A stretch of 64,000 nucleotides of DNA from Chromatiales bacterium. Lineage in GTDB: Bacteria > Pseudomonadota > Gammaproteobacteria > SpSt-1174. The notes below the pieces were generated by a model. It did no database searches. It was not told where the DNA came from and worked only from the letters and a program-made list of their open reading frames with translations. Positions 50,787 to 63,700 of this stretch are shown here, one piece after another. The first letter of the stretch is position 1. Each line of letters starts with the position of its first letter. The position numbers were made by a program, and so were the translations under genes. The DNA is taken from positions 12,919 to 76,918 of the forward strand of contig JABURS010000019.1 in the NCBI GenBank assembly GCA_014762505.1. The letters are read 5' to 3'.

Positions 50787-51706
50787 GCCGCCCGGCCGAG
50801 TCGGTGGCGCCCTCCGCCTCGCGGCGCGCCATCGACCGTTTTCTCGATGCCATGTGGATGGAGCGGGGGCTGAGCGACAACACGCTCGCGGCCTACCGCA
50901 ACGACCTCGCCGGCCTGGCCGGCTGGCTGGAGGGGCAGGGGAATGCACTGCTCGCCGCCGGCCGCGGCGATCTGCAGGGCTATCTGGCGCACCGCCTGCA
51001 GCAGGGTGCACGGCCGCGCTCCACCGCACGCCTGCTCTCCAGCCTGCGCCGTTTCTATCGCTGGTCCCTGCGCGAGGGGCTGGTGACCGCCGATCCCAGC
51101 GCCCAGATCGAATCCCCCCGGCTGGGCCGACCGCTGCCCGACACCCTCACCGAGGCCGATGTGGAGGCCCTGCTGGCCGCCCCCGATCTCGCCACCGACC
51201 TGGGACTGCGCGACCGCGCCATGCTGGAACTGCTCTATGCCACCGGCCTGCGCGTCTCCGAGCTGGTGGCGCTCAGGCTGGACCAGGTCAGCCTGCGCCA
51301 GGGTGTGCTGCGCGTGATGGGCAAGGGCAGCAAGGAGCGCCTGGTGCCCATGGGCGAGGAGGCCGTGGCGCGCATCGAGGACTACCTGCGCGGCGCACGC
51401 GGCGATCTCCTGAAGGGGGCGGGGGTCTCCGATGCGCTGTTCGTCACGCGCCGCGGTGGTGCCATGACGCGGCAGGCCTTCTGGTACCTGATCCGTCGCT
51501 ACGCCGAACAGGCGGGCATACGCCGGCACCTCTCGCCGCATACCCTGCGCCACGCCTTTGCCACCCACCTGCTGAACCACGGTGCCGACCTGCGCGTGGT
51601 GCAGATGCTGCTCGGCCACAGTGACCTTTCCACCACGCAGATTTATACTCACGTCGCCCGCGCCCGGCTCAAGGACCTGCATGCGGCGCATCACCCGCGC
51701 GGCTGA
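50783..51706 (+). CDS. xerD: Tyrosine recombinase XerD
   Basis: R..H..R..Y catalytic residues ([27 protein letters not shown]). Confidence 0.9.
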   Translation: MSRPAESVAPSASRRAIDRFLDAMWMERGLSDNTLAAYRNDLAGLAGWLEGQGNALLAAGRGDLQGYLAHRLQQGARPRSTARLLSSLRRFYRWSLREGLVTADPSAQIESPRLGRPLPDTLTEADVEALLAAPDLATDLGLRDRAMLELLYATGLRVSELVALRLDQVSLRQGVLRVMGKGSKERLVPMGEEAVARIEDYLRGARGDLLKGAGVSDALFVTRRGGAMTRQAFWYLIRRYAEQAGIRRHLSPHTLRHAFATHLLNHGADLRVVQMLLGHSDLSTTQIYTHVARARLKDLHAAHHPRG

Positions 51707-51788
51707 GCCCGCGGGACGGCAACGGAATTTCCGCCGCCACCGGCGGTCACACCCACATCAAGCCCATTTCATACAGAGCCCTTTCCCG

Positions 51789-52538
51789 ATGATTCGCACG
51801 CATGTATTCGGCGTCTTCGCCGCCGCCCTCATGGCCCTGGCCGTCACCACGCCCGTCCTGGCCGAGCCGGCCGACGCCGCCCAGGTCAAGGAGCTCGAGT
51901 CCACGCTCACCACCATGATGAAGGGCCGCAAGCCCGATGCCATCAGCGAGACCCCCATCCCCGGCCTGTATCAGGTGAGCTATGGCGTGGACGTCTTCTA
52001 CATGACGGCCGACGCCCGCTACCTGGTCGACGGTGCGCTCATCGACCTGGCCAACCGCCACAACTACACCGAGACCGCCAAGGCCGCGGGTCGCAAGACC
52101 GCCATCGACGGGCTGGGTGACGCCGACATGCTCGTCTACCCGGCGAAGGACGAGAAGCACCGCATCACCGTGTTCACCGATATCGACTGCCCCTACTGCC
52201 AGATGCTGCACCGTGAGGTCGAGGCGCTGAACGCGGAGGGTGTCACCGTGCGCTACCTGCTGTTCCCGCGTGCCGGGCTCAACTCCGCCTCCTACCGCAA
52301 GGCCGTCAACGTCTGGTGCAGCGAGGACCGCAACGACGCCCTCAGCCGGGCCAAGGCCGGCGAGCCGGTGCCGGAGCAGATCTGCGACAACCCGGTGCGC
52401 GAGCACATGCAGCTCGGCGAGGCCATCGGCGTCAGCGGCACCCCGGCCATCGTGCTGGACAACGGCCAGCTGATCCCGGGCTACCGCCCGGCCAGGGAGC
52501 TGGTGCAGGTCCTGGAGCACCAGGCCGCGGCCAGATAG
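51789..52538 (+). CDS. dsbC: Thiol:disulfide interchange protein DsbC
   Basis: Signal peptide, dimerisation domain, CPYC active site (DIDCPYCQ). Conserved xerD-dsbC synteny. Confidence 0.85.
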   Translation: MIRTHVFGVFAAALMALAVTTPVLAEPADAAQVKELESTLTTMMKGRKPDAISETPIPGLYQVSYGVDVFYMTADARYLVDGALIDLANRHNYTETAKAAGRKTAIDGLGDADMLVYPAKDEKHRITVFTDIDCPYCQMLHREVEALNAEGVTVRYLLFPRAGLNSASYRKAVNVWCSEDRNDALSRAKAGEPVPEQICDNPVREHMQLGEAIGVSGTPAIVLDNGQLIPGYRPARELVQVLEHQAAAR

Positions 52539-52558
52539 GCTTCCGTACGCTGCCAGCA

Positions 52559-52586
52559 CAAGCCCCGCCCCGCGCGGGGCTTTTCG
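52559..52586 (+). terminator. Rho-independent terminator after dsbC
   Basis: AGCCCCGC-CCCGC-GCGGGGCT followed by TTTTCG. Confidence 0.55.
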
Positions 52587-52651
52587 TTGGGGAACACGGC
52601 AGGGGCTTCGGGTTCTACACTTGAGAGGCGGTTTTCTGTCACCAGGAGGAC

Positions 52652-53769
52652 ATGACGATGCGTTTGCTCACCCTGATCTCCCTGCTGCTGCTCGGCGCCA
52701 TGGCGCCACTCCAGGCCGCCGAGCGGCAGGCGGCGCCCGACTTCACGCTGGAGCCCGTCGCCGACGGTCTGGGTGTGCCCTGGGGCATGGTCTTCCTCGA
52801 TGCCGACACGCTGCTCTTCACCGAGCGCGAGGGGCGCCTGGGACGCCTCGTGATCGGCAGCGGCGAGGTCACCTACCTCGACGGCCTGCCCGAGGTCTAC
52901 GCCAACGGGCAGGGCGGGCTGCTCGACGTGGCGCTGGCGCCGGACTTCGCCGAGAGCCGCCAGCTCTACTTCACCTACAGCAAGCCCGTACGCGGCGAGG
53001 GGGCCACCGCCCTGGCCCGCGCGCGGCTCGACGGGAACCGCCTGCGCGACTGGCAGGACCTCATCGTCACCCGTTCCACCAGCGCACCACCCGCCACTTC
53101 GGCAGCCGCATCGCCTTCGATGGCAAGGGGCATGTCTTCTTCGGCATCGGCGACCGCGGTGTGCGCGACAACGGCCAGGACCTCACCACCCACGCCAGCT
53201 GCGTGCTGCGCCTGAACCTCGACGGCTCGGTCCCGCAGGACAACCCCTTCGTCGGTCGCCGCGATGCCCTGCCCGAGATCTGGAGCTACGGCCACCGCAA
53301 CCCGCAGGGCCTGGTCTACGATGCCGGGCACGAGCGCCTCTGGCTCATCGAACACGGCCCGCGCGGCGGCGACGAGATCAACCTCGTCCAGCCCGGGCGC
53401 AACTACGGCTGGGCGGTGGTCTCTCACGGCCAGGAATACTGGGGACCGATGGACGTGGGCGAGGCGAAGTCAAAGCCCGGCATGGAAGACCCGGTGAAGC
53501 TCTACACCCCCTCCATCGCGCCTGGCAGCCTGCTGCTGTATTCCGGCAAGGCCTTCCCCGCCTGGGAGGGCAACCTGTTCTCCGGCGCACTCAAGCTGCG
53601 CCATCTCAACCGCGTGGAGCTCAACGACAACGGCGAGGCGGTGGGCGAAGAGCGCCTGCTGGAAGACCTCAACGCACGCATCCGCGCCCTGGCCGAGAGC
53701 CCCGAGGGCTGGATCTACCTCTCCACCGACAGCGGCGGGATCTACCGCCTGCGTCCCCGGGTGGAGTAA
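52652..53769 (+). pseudogene. PQQ-dependent soluble sugar dehydrogenase (YliI/sorbosone dehydrogenase family) interrupted by an apparent 1-nt frameshift near 53080-53090
   Basis: N-terminal 140 aa (signal peptide .. RDWQDLIVTRSTS) are in frame 52652. The remainder (..TTRHFGSRIAFDGKG..HGHRNPQG..GPRGGDEINL..) is in the frame of ORF 52621-53769. Junction lies in GCGCACCACCCGCC. Confidence 0.6.
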
Positions 53770-53772
53770 GGC

Positions 53773-54129
53773 GTGAAGCTCGTCTACCAGGCCGACCGCG
53801 AGGACGAGGCACGCGGCATCAAGCTGATGCTCGAGGCCAACGGCATCCCGGCCGCGTTGACGGGCGAGTTCATGTTCAGCGTGATGAGCGTCGGTATCCC
53901 GAAGGTGGTGGGCGTGTGGGTCTATCTCGATAGTCAGGCGGACGAGGCCGAGCGTCTGATCCAGGACCCCGAGTACGAGGTGACCCAGCCGGTAGACGTG
54001 GAAGATTTCTATCGCTTCAGCGACAGCAGCGAGGTCAAGGAGCGAGTGCTGTCCCAGATGCTCAAGGTCACGGTCATGGCCGTGGCTGGCTTGTTGCTGT
54101 TTATCTGGTTTCTTGCTGCTATGCTTTAA
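53773..54129 (+). CDS. Hypothetical protein with DUF2007-like N-terminal domain and C-terminal TM helix
   Basis: MKLVYQADREDEARGIKLMLEANGIPA pattern. 118 aa. Confidence 0.45.
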   Translation: MKLVYQADREDEARGIKLMLEANGIPAALTGEFMFSVMSVGIPKVVGVWVYLDSQADEAERLIQDPEYEVTQPVDVEDFYRFSDSSEVKERVLSQMLKVTVMAVAGLLLFIWFLAAML

Positions 54130-56453
54130 TCTGCTTGTGTTCGGGATCTAGGGAGCGAGCCGATGCTGATATCCGAAGAATTTAACAAAATAAGAAGAAA
54201 CACATTCTTGAAGTCGCTTCCGACTAAACTGTTGCGGACAGGATAAAGTCGTCACGGTAACATCGGCTGTCATCCAGTGCTATCTCTAGAGAATGTTGTT
54301 AAAGGGCTCTCGCCCGGTATGCTACGGTTGATGTGAGGGGGCGGTCTCTCTCGTGCTGTTGGCTATGTCTCGAGTTATGGCGAGCGCTTGTTAAATTCTG
54401 TGAAGAAACCATGCGTTGAAAAAATTTAGAGTCACTTCTTTGACTGAATATTTTTCGACAAGATCTTTTCGGTGCTTGTGCCTAGTGGGGCTTTGAGTAT
54501 TAACGGTTTAGTAACCGTCGGATACATTGGTATGCATGAAAAAAACTTAAAAATAAGATCGCTTTCATTATCCGGTTACCGAAGTTTTGGTAGCGAGATA
54601 CAAAGGTTTGAAAGGTTCGGAAAGATAAACTTGTTTATTGGAAGAAACAATTCTGGCAAATCAAATATTCTTCGATTTATCGTGAATCTATATCCGGCCT
54701 TGCCAGGTCGAAAGAATGTTTCCCTCGATGCTTTAGATCGTCACATCCCAGCAGGCGCGAACTTTACTGTTGGTTCGTCTATTTCTTTGGATAAAGATGA
54801 ATCGGGAAATTATGTTGACGTTGTCGAGAATTCGATTTCGAAGTTGCCGGAGAATCGTCAGAGAGCAACAGAGGCTAGTTCTATACTAAAACTTTTAGTC
54901 GAAAAAGCCCGGATTGATGGATTAGAAGACGCTTGGTTCGACTATCAGGACGGCACTAGTGTTATTGGGGCTGACTGGTATCCGGTATTTAATGTATTGA
55001 GCGACCGAGAGATTGAAATGCTTTGGAGGGCGTTGACGAGAAGGAGTGGCGGTTCTAAAGATGCTCACTGGATACCTGAAACTGTTATGGCGCTCGCCCC
55101 TAGATTCCAACAGGTTAACGCGATAATCATACCTGCGATCCGCAAGGTGGGTGATAAAGGCTCAGAATCTGAGGAGTTTAGTGGCGAAGGAATTATTGAG
55201 CGACTGGTAAGGTTGCAGAACCCGGATGTTCACAACCAAGAGGATCGAGATAAGTTTAATAAGATCAATGAGTTTCTGAGGAGTGTTACAGATAATAAAT
55301 CTGCGACGATAGAGATTCCGCATGAAAGAGATACGATCTTGGTTCACATGGACGGGAAGACCTTGCCTCTAGAATCTCTCGGCACTGGTATTCATGAGGT
55401 TATCATTCTCGCGTCTGCGGCGACGATTCTCAATGATGTGGTAATATGCATGGAGGAGCCGGAGCTTCATTTGAATCCGATTCTTCAGAAGAAGCTTGTG
55501 AGGTATCTGATTTCATCTACGACAAATCAATACTTTATTACGACACATTCGGCGGCGCTTATGGATGCGCCCGGATCAGAGGTTTATCACGTAAGTTTAG
55601 ATAATGGATGTTCGGTTATAAGAAGAGTGACATCAGACCGTCATCGATCGAGTATTTGTGAAGACCTAGGTTACCACCCATCTGACTTGCTTCAATCAAA
55701 TTGCATTGTCTGGGTCGAGGGTCCATCTGACCGAGTTTATTTGAATTACTGGCTGCATTCGAAGTCGCCTGAGTTAGTAGAGGGGATACACTACTCAATA
55801 ATGTTTTACGGTGGCAAATTGGCTTCTCATTTAAGTGGTAACGACGTTGGTGAATTGGTGGACGAGTTTATCTCGTTGAGGCGCCTCAATCGCCGAGGAG
55901 TGATCGTTATTGATAGTGATAAGGCGGGTTCAGCATCAAAGATTAACGCAACAAAAAAACGATTAGTTGATGAGTTTAATGAGGGGCCGGGGTTTGCATG
56001 GGTTACGGCGGGAAGGGAAATAGAAAATTATCTATCGGTCGCGGAGGTGCAATCGGCTTTATCAAAAGTTGCGAGCAAATCGAAGCCGGTTTCCGGTTTC
56101 GGTAGGTATGATAATATGTTGGCGATTGAAAAAAGAAATGGGGAAATGGGCCAGGCGTCAAAGGTGGGTGTTGCAAAATACATTGTAGAGAACTATGAGT
56201 GTGACTGGAGTGTTCTCGATTTAGATGAGAGGGTCGATGCACTGGTGGCATTCATTAGGGAGTCGAATCCAGGAATGCACTTGGAATAGGTGTCAGCATG
56301 TCCGATACCGACCCTGCCAATTAAACCTCGGACTTAGAGTGCAATAAGTGAAGAACTTTGCATAGGGTAGTACACGGTCGACTGCTCCGCATTCAGTTCT
56401 TTGTCTTTTGGTTATTGCGCGTTACCAAATCTAAACGGCGATACCTAGGCAGA
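54130..56453. other. Low-GC (~40-45%) genomic islet (likely horizontally acquired) carrying a single OLD-family gene
   Basis: Abrupt composition drop relative to ~65% GC flanks. 400-bp AT-rich non-coding leader. No integrase, tRNA or direct repeats detected. Confidence 0.55.
54532..56289 (+). CDS. OLD-family ATP-dependent nuclease (class 1): N-terminal ABC ATPase + C-terminal TOPRIM
   Basis: Walker A GRNNSGKSN, signature-like SLGTG, Walker B VVICMEEPELHLNP, H-loop ITTHS. TOPRIM Glu (IVWVEGPSD) and DxD (VIVIDSDKAG). Start ATG 54532 uncertain (track ORF from 54472). Confidence 0.8.
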   Translation: MHEKNLKIRSLSLSGYRSFGSEIQRFERFGKINLFIGRNNSGKSNILRFIVNLYPALPGRKNVSLDALDRHIPAGANFTVGSSISLDKDESGNYVDVVENSISKLPENRQRATEASSILKLLVEKARIDGLEDAWFDYQDGTSVIGADWYPVFNVLSDREIEMLWRALTRRSGGSKDAHWIPETVMALAPRFQQVNAIIIPAIRKVGDKGSESEEFSGEGIIERLVRLQNPDVHNQEDRDKFNKINEFLRSVTDNKSATIEIPHERDTILVHMDGKTLPLESLGTGIHEVIILASAATILNDVVICMEEPELHLNPILQKKLVRYLISSTTNQYFITTHSAALMDAPGSEVYHVSLDNGCSVIRRVTSDRHRSSICEDLGYHPSDLLQSNCIVWVEGPSDRVYLNYWLHSKSPELVEGIHYSIMFYGGKLASHLSGNDVGELVDEFISLRRLNRRGVIVIDSDKAGSASKINATKKRLVDEFNEGPGFAWVTAGREIENYLSVAEVQSALSKVASKSKPVSGFGRYDNMLAIEKRNGEMGQASKVGVAKYIVENYECDWSVLDLDERVDALVAFIRESNPGMHLE

Positions 56454-58604
<2,151 letters not shown>

Positions 58605-58711
58605 GGGCTCGGGTGCTCCTTCACCGTCGGCGGCCGCCGTCCTGGCGGCCCCTTGTTTGTGGATTACGTGTGGGTGTTGCGGTCGATCGCTGCTGCCCGG
58701 GCTTCGGCGCG

Positions 58712-59752
58712 TTATGCGCCGGTCTTCACCTTCCAGTGTACGGTGCTGCCGGCCTGGAAGGGAACGATGGGCCGCCCGTTGGGCAGCGTGATCTCCTCCG
58801 GGATCTGCCAGTCCTCGCGCACCAGGGTGACGGTGCCCCGGTTGCGCGGCAGGCCGTAGAAGTCCGGGCCGTGGTGGCTGGCAAAGCCCTCGAGCCGGTC
58901 CAGCGCGCCGATCTCGTCGAAGACCTGGGCGTAGAGCTCCAGCGCGCTCCAGGCGCTGTAGCAGCCGGCGCAGCCGCAGGCCGATTCCTTCTTCGCCTTC
59001 TCGTGCGGCGCGGAGTCGGTGCCGAGGAAGAACCTGTTCGAGCCGGTGGCGACCACGTCGCGCAGGGCCTGCTGGTGGATGTTGCGCTTGAGCACGGGCA
59101 GGCAGAAGTTGTGCGGGCGGATGCCGCCGACCAGCATGTCGTTGCGGTTGAGCATGAGGTGCTGCGGCGTGATGGTGGCCGCGACGTTCTCGCCCGCGCC
59201 GCTCACGAATTCCACGGCGTCCTTGGTGGTGATGTGTTCGAGCACCACCTTGAGCGTCGGCATGTCGGCGACGAGCCGCTCGAGGTACTGCTCGATGAAG
59301 ACCTTCTCGCGATCGAAGATGTCCACGGCGGGATCGGTGGACTCGCCGTGGATGAGGAACAGCAGCCCTTCCTCGGCCATGGCCGCCAGCACGTCGTAGG
59401 CGCCGCTGAGGTCCTTCACGCCGGCATCCGAGTGCGTGGTGGCGCCGGCCGGGTAGAGCTTGACCGCGACCACGCCGGCCTGTTTCGCCTTGCGGATCTC
59501 CTCGGGCGTGGTGTGCGGCGTGAGGTAGAGCGTCATCAGCGGCTCGAAGTCCGAGCCCGCCGGGCGCGCGTCGAGGATGCGCTGCCTGTAGGCCAGGGCC
59601 TGCTCGGCCGTCGCGATGGGCGGCACCAGGTTCGGCATGACGATGGCGCGGTGGAAGCAGCGCGCCGTGGCCGGCACCGTCTCGCCCAGCATGTCGCCGT
59701 CGCGCAGGTGGACGTGCCAGTCGTCCGGGGTGGTGAGGGTGATCTCGTTCAT
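58712..59752 (-). CDS. pyrC: Dihydroorotase (class II, E. coli type)
   Basis: DDWHVHLRD metal-binding N-terminus. 346 aa. Confidence 0.9.
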   Translation of the reverse strand: MNEITLTTPDDWHVHLRDGDMLGETVPATARCFHRAIVMPNLVPPIATAEQALAYRQRILDARPAGSDFEPLMTLYLTPHTTPEEIRKAKQAGVVAVKLYPAGATTHSDAGVKDLSGAYDVLAAMAEEGLLFLIHGESTDPAVDIFDREKVFIEQYLERLVADMPTLKVVLEHITTKDAVEFVSGAGENVAATITPQHLMLNRNDMLVGGIRPHNFCLPVLKRNIHQQALRDVVATGSNRFFLGTDSAPHEKAKKESACGCAGCYSAWSALELYAQVFDEIGALDRLEGFASHHGPDFYGLPRNRGTVTLVREDWQIPEEITLPNGRPIVPFQAGSTVHWKVKTGA

Positions 59753-59798
59753 GCCTGCTCCTGCAGTGACGGCGGTGGGTTGGTGGTCGGTGACGGTG

Positions 59799-60662
59799 TC
59801 AGTACATCATCGCCGCCATCTTGCGGCGGTAGGTGGAGACCAGCTCGCCCTGGCCGCCCAGCATCTCGAACACGGAGAGCATGCCCTCGCGGCCGGCGTC
59901 GTTCTCGAACTTGCGGTCGCGCTTCATGATCTCCAGGTACTGCTCCAGCGCGCCCTCGAGCTGGTCGTCGGCGACCAGGCGCGCGGCGAGCTGCAGCCGG
60001 GCGTGGAGGTCGGCCGGGTCCTTCTCGATGGCCTGGCGCAGGCTGGCGGTGTCCGGGGCGTTCTCGGTGAGGCGGATGGCCTTGATGCGCTGCATCAGCG
60101 CCTTCACGTCCTCTTCCTGCTGGATGTTGAGCGGTACGGTGCGCATCAGCTCGTCGGCCTCGTCGGCGCGACCGGTCTGGGCGAGGATGCTGGCCAGGTC
60201 CACCTTGGCGCGCTCGACGCTGGGGTCGGCGGCGAGCAGGTCGCGCAGGACCTTCTCCGCGCCGGCGATGTCGCCCTCGCGGGCCAGGCGCAGGGCCTCG
60301 GCGCGGGTGAGGTCGGACTCGCGTACCACGTGGCGCTCGATGATCTCGCGGATGGCGGGCTCGGGCTGCACGCCCATGAACTCGTCGACCACGCGGCCTT
60401 CCCTGAAGACCTTCACCGTCGGCAGGCTGCGCACGCCGAAGCGGCCGGCCAGTTCCTGCTGCTCGTCGCTGTTCACCTTGGCCAGCAGCACCTTGCCGTC
60501 ATATTCCTCGATGAGTCTGGCCAGCACCGGCATGAGCATCTGGCAGGGCTGGCACCAGCCGGCCCAGAAGTCGACCAGGACCGGTACCTGGTGGGAGTTC
60601 TGGAGGACGTAGGTGTCGAAGGTCTCGCTGGTGACATCGAAGATGTAACGGGAATCTGCCAT
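59799..60662 (-). CDS. Thioredoxin-domain plus TPR co-chaperone (CnoX/YbbN-like)
   Basis: WCQPC thioredoxin motif and C-terminal TPR repeats. 287 aa. Confidence 0.8.
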   Translation of the reverse strand: MADSRYIFDVTSETFDTYVLQNSHQVPVLVDFWAGWCQPCQMLMPVLARLIEEYDGKVLLAKVNSDEQQELAGRFGVRSLPTVKVFREGRVVDEFMGVQPEPAIREIIERHVVRESDLTRAEALRLAREGDIAGAEKVLRDLLAADPSVERAKVDLASILAQTGRADEADELMRTVPLNIQQEEDVKALMQRIKAIRLTENAPDTASLRQAIEKDPADLHARLQLAARLVADDQLEGALEQYLEIMKRDRKFENDAGREGMLSVFEMLGGQGELVSTYRRKMAAMMY

Positions 60663-60725
60663 CGGCCTGGGGCCTCCTGTGGATATGTTCGGTGATGGAT
60701 CGGGGGGACCAATATAGGGATGCGG

Positions 60726-63700
60726 TCAGGCGCCTTCAAGGTCGACGCGTACCTGGCGGCCGGCATGGGTGAAGAGCAGACGGGCGTCGATGGCCTTCTC
60801 CGGCCACAGGCGGCGCAGGCCGTCGGCGTAGAGCCGCAGCTGTGGTGCGTAGTGCGCGGCCAGGGCGTCGCACTGCCCGGCGTCGACGCGGTGGGTCTTG
60901 TAGTCGACGACCACCACGCGGTCGTCGCCGATGAGCAGGCGGTCGATGAGGCCGTAGACGCGCCGGCCGTCGCGGGCGTAGAGGATGGGCAGCTCGTTGC
61001 GGGCCTCGATGCCCGCGGCGGGGCGGAAGACATCGGCGAAGGCCGGGTGGTCGAGCGCCGCCCGGGCCTCGCCGATCCAGGCCTCGAGTTCCTCGCGGCG
61101 TGCGGCCAGGGCGAGCTCGGCAGCGATGCGTGCGGCCAGCGTGCCGGCGTCGGGCGGGGCTGGGCCAGTGAGCAGTTCCAGGGCGCGGTGGATGGCCACG
61201 CCGCGGGCGAGGCCGTCCTCGTCCTCGGCCTCGACGAGCCCGCCGGTGCCGACCTGGCGGCTGGGCGCGATCTCGGCGGTGGTGGGCGGGGTGGCCAGTC
61301 GCCGGTCGAGGCCGGCCGGGACGGCGGGGCCCTCGGCGGCGGCCACGGGTGCGGCGGGGACCGGCGGCTCGCCGTGCTCCAGCACCCAGATGCCCTCCTC
61401 GTCGCGTGCGCCGAGGCCGTCGATGGCCTGCTCGATGGCGGCGTACCAGTGCGTCTCCCCGCCCTTGCCGCGCGCGTGGCCGCTCACGATCAGCAGCTGC
61501 CGGGCGCGGGTGAGGGCGACGTAGAGCAGGTTCGCGTCCTCGCGGGCGTCGCGCAGCTGTTTCTCGTCCAGCAGGGCGCGGACGGGCTCGGGCAGGTCGT
61601 CCTTGCGTCCCGGCAGGAGGAAGCGCGCCGGACGCTCGGCGTCGGCCGGCCAGTCGACCAGTGCCGCGTAGGTGCTGCGGCCGTTGGCCGTGGCCGTGCT
61701 GTCGGCCAGGATCACCACGGGGGCCTCCAGGCCCTTGGAGCCGTGCACGGTCATGATGCGCACGCGGGCATCAACGCCCTGGGCAGGCGGGGTGTCCGGG
61801 GCCTCGTTGGCGCCGGCGCGCAGCTGGCGCAGCCGGTCGAGGAACTTGATCAGGCTCGGGTAGCGCCCGGCATCCACCTCCAGGGCGAGTTCCAGGAAGC
61901 GGGAGAGGTTGGCCATGACCACGGGCCGCTGGTCCTCGGGCGTGGCGGCGCGATAGCGCGCCAGCACATCGCCCTCGGTATAGATGTGGTCCAGCAGGTC
62001 GTGGATGGGCAGGGCCCCGGCCAGGGGCTGCCAGGCCGCGAGACGGGTCTGTGCCGCACGGATCGCCGGCGAGGCGCCCGGGCCCTGCGCGAGCGTGGCC
62101 AGCCGGTCCAGCCAGTAGCGGCCCTCGGTGGTGGCCAGGGCGATGAGGTCGTCGTCGCTGGCGGCAAACAGCGGCGACTTCAGCACCTGCGCGAGGCGCA
62201 GGTTGTCGAAGGGCGTGACCAGCAGCTCCAGCAGGGCCAGCAGGTCCGGGATCTCCAGGGCCTCGAGCAGCCCGCCGCGTTCGCTGCCCAGGTAGGGGAT
62301 GCCGGCCTCGCGCAGGGCGCGTTCCAGCTGGGCGCTGGCGGTGCGGTTGCGCAGCAGGATGAGGATGTCATCGAGGCGCAGCGGGCGGGCCTCCGCGCCG
62401 TGGCCCACCGGCAGGCCGCTGTCGAGCAGTGCGCGGATGCGCCGGGCGATGGCCTGGCCCTCGCGATAGGCGGTGTCGTCCTCGTACACGGGGCGCGGCT
62501 GTTCCAGCGGGTTGCGCAGCACCGGCGGGGACTCGCTCTCGGCGGGCTCGGGCCTGTCCATCCTCGGCACCAGCGGCAGCACCTCGACGCGGCCCCAGAG
62601 GTCGTGGTGATGGGTGTCGTGGGTCTGGAACCCGGCAAGCTGCGCGCCGAGCGGGGTGGCGTCGAACAGCCGGTTGACGAAGGCCATCACGGCCGGCGAG
62701 GAGCGCCAGGACTTGCTGAGCGGGACCTGGCGGCCGGCCAGGCGTTCTTCCAGCCAGCGCGAGGCCTCGGCCTGCAGCTCGGGCTGGGCGCGGCGAAAGC
62801 CGTAGATCGACTGCTTGGGGTCGCCCACCAGGAACACGCTGCGCGCCCGCTCCGGGTCGCCGGCGGCGATCTCCTCCAGCAGCGGCAGCAGCAGGCGCCA
62901 CTGGGTGGGGTTGGTGTCCTGGAATTCGTCGATCAGCAGGTGATCGATGCGCTGGTCCAGCTTGTACTGCACCCAGGCGGCGTTGTCCGAGTGGTTGAGC
63001 AGGCGATAGGCCCGCCACTCCAGGTCGGCGAAGTCCAGCATGCGGCGCTCGCGCTTGATGCGCTGGTAGTGATCGAGATAGCACTGGCCGGCCCGGTACC
63101 AGGCGAGGTTCACGGCCAGGGCCTGCTGGCGGGCCAGGGCCTCGCGGCAGCGGGCGAGGTCGGCGCAGAATTCGGCGTGCAGGACGAGGAAGCGGTCCTC
63201 GCCGTCGGCCCCCATCTTTTTCGCCTGCGTGGCGCTGGGCTTGCGCACCCGCGGCTCGCCCCGGGCGGTGAGAAAGACGTTGCTGAGCGCCGCGTAGCGG
63301 TCCGCGCGCGAGCGCTCCTCGTGCAGCACCGTGGCGATGGTCTCGACGAACCCGAGGTTGGTCTGGGTGGGGTGTTTCTCCAGCAGCGCGCGGAATTCCG
63401 TCAGGCGCTGCAGGCCGGGCCCGTCGAGCAGTTCGGCCACGGGGTCGGCCTGCGGATCGGTATCGAGGAAGGCGCGCAGGCGGGCGTCGGCGAAGGCCAG
63501 CGGGTCGGCGGCGGTCTCGGTATAGGCCCACCAGTCGGCGCGGTAGGCGAGGAAGCTCTCCAGCGCGCCGCGCGTGTTGTCGATGCCGTTGAGCGCGTCG
63601 AACAGGACCTCCAGCCCCCGGGCGACCGGCGTCTCGGGGTCGCGGGTGGCGTCGGCGATCATGGCCTCGAAGGCCGCATCCCGCAGCTCGCCGGTGGTCT

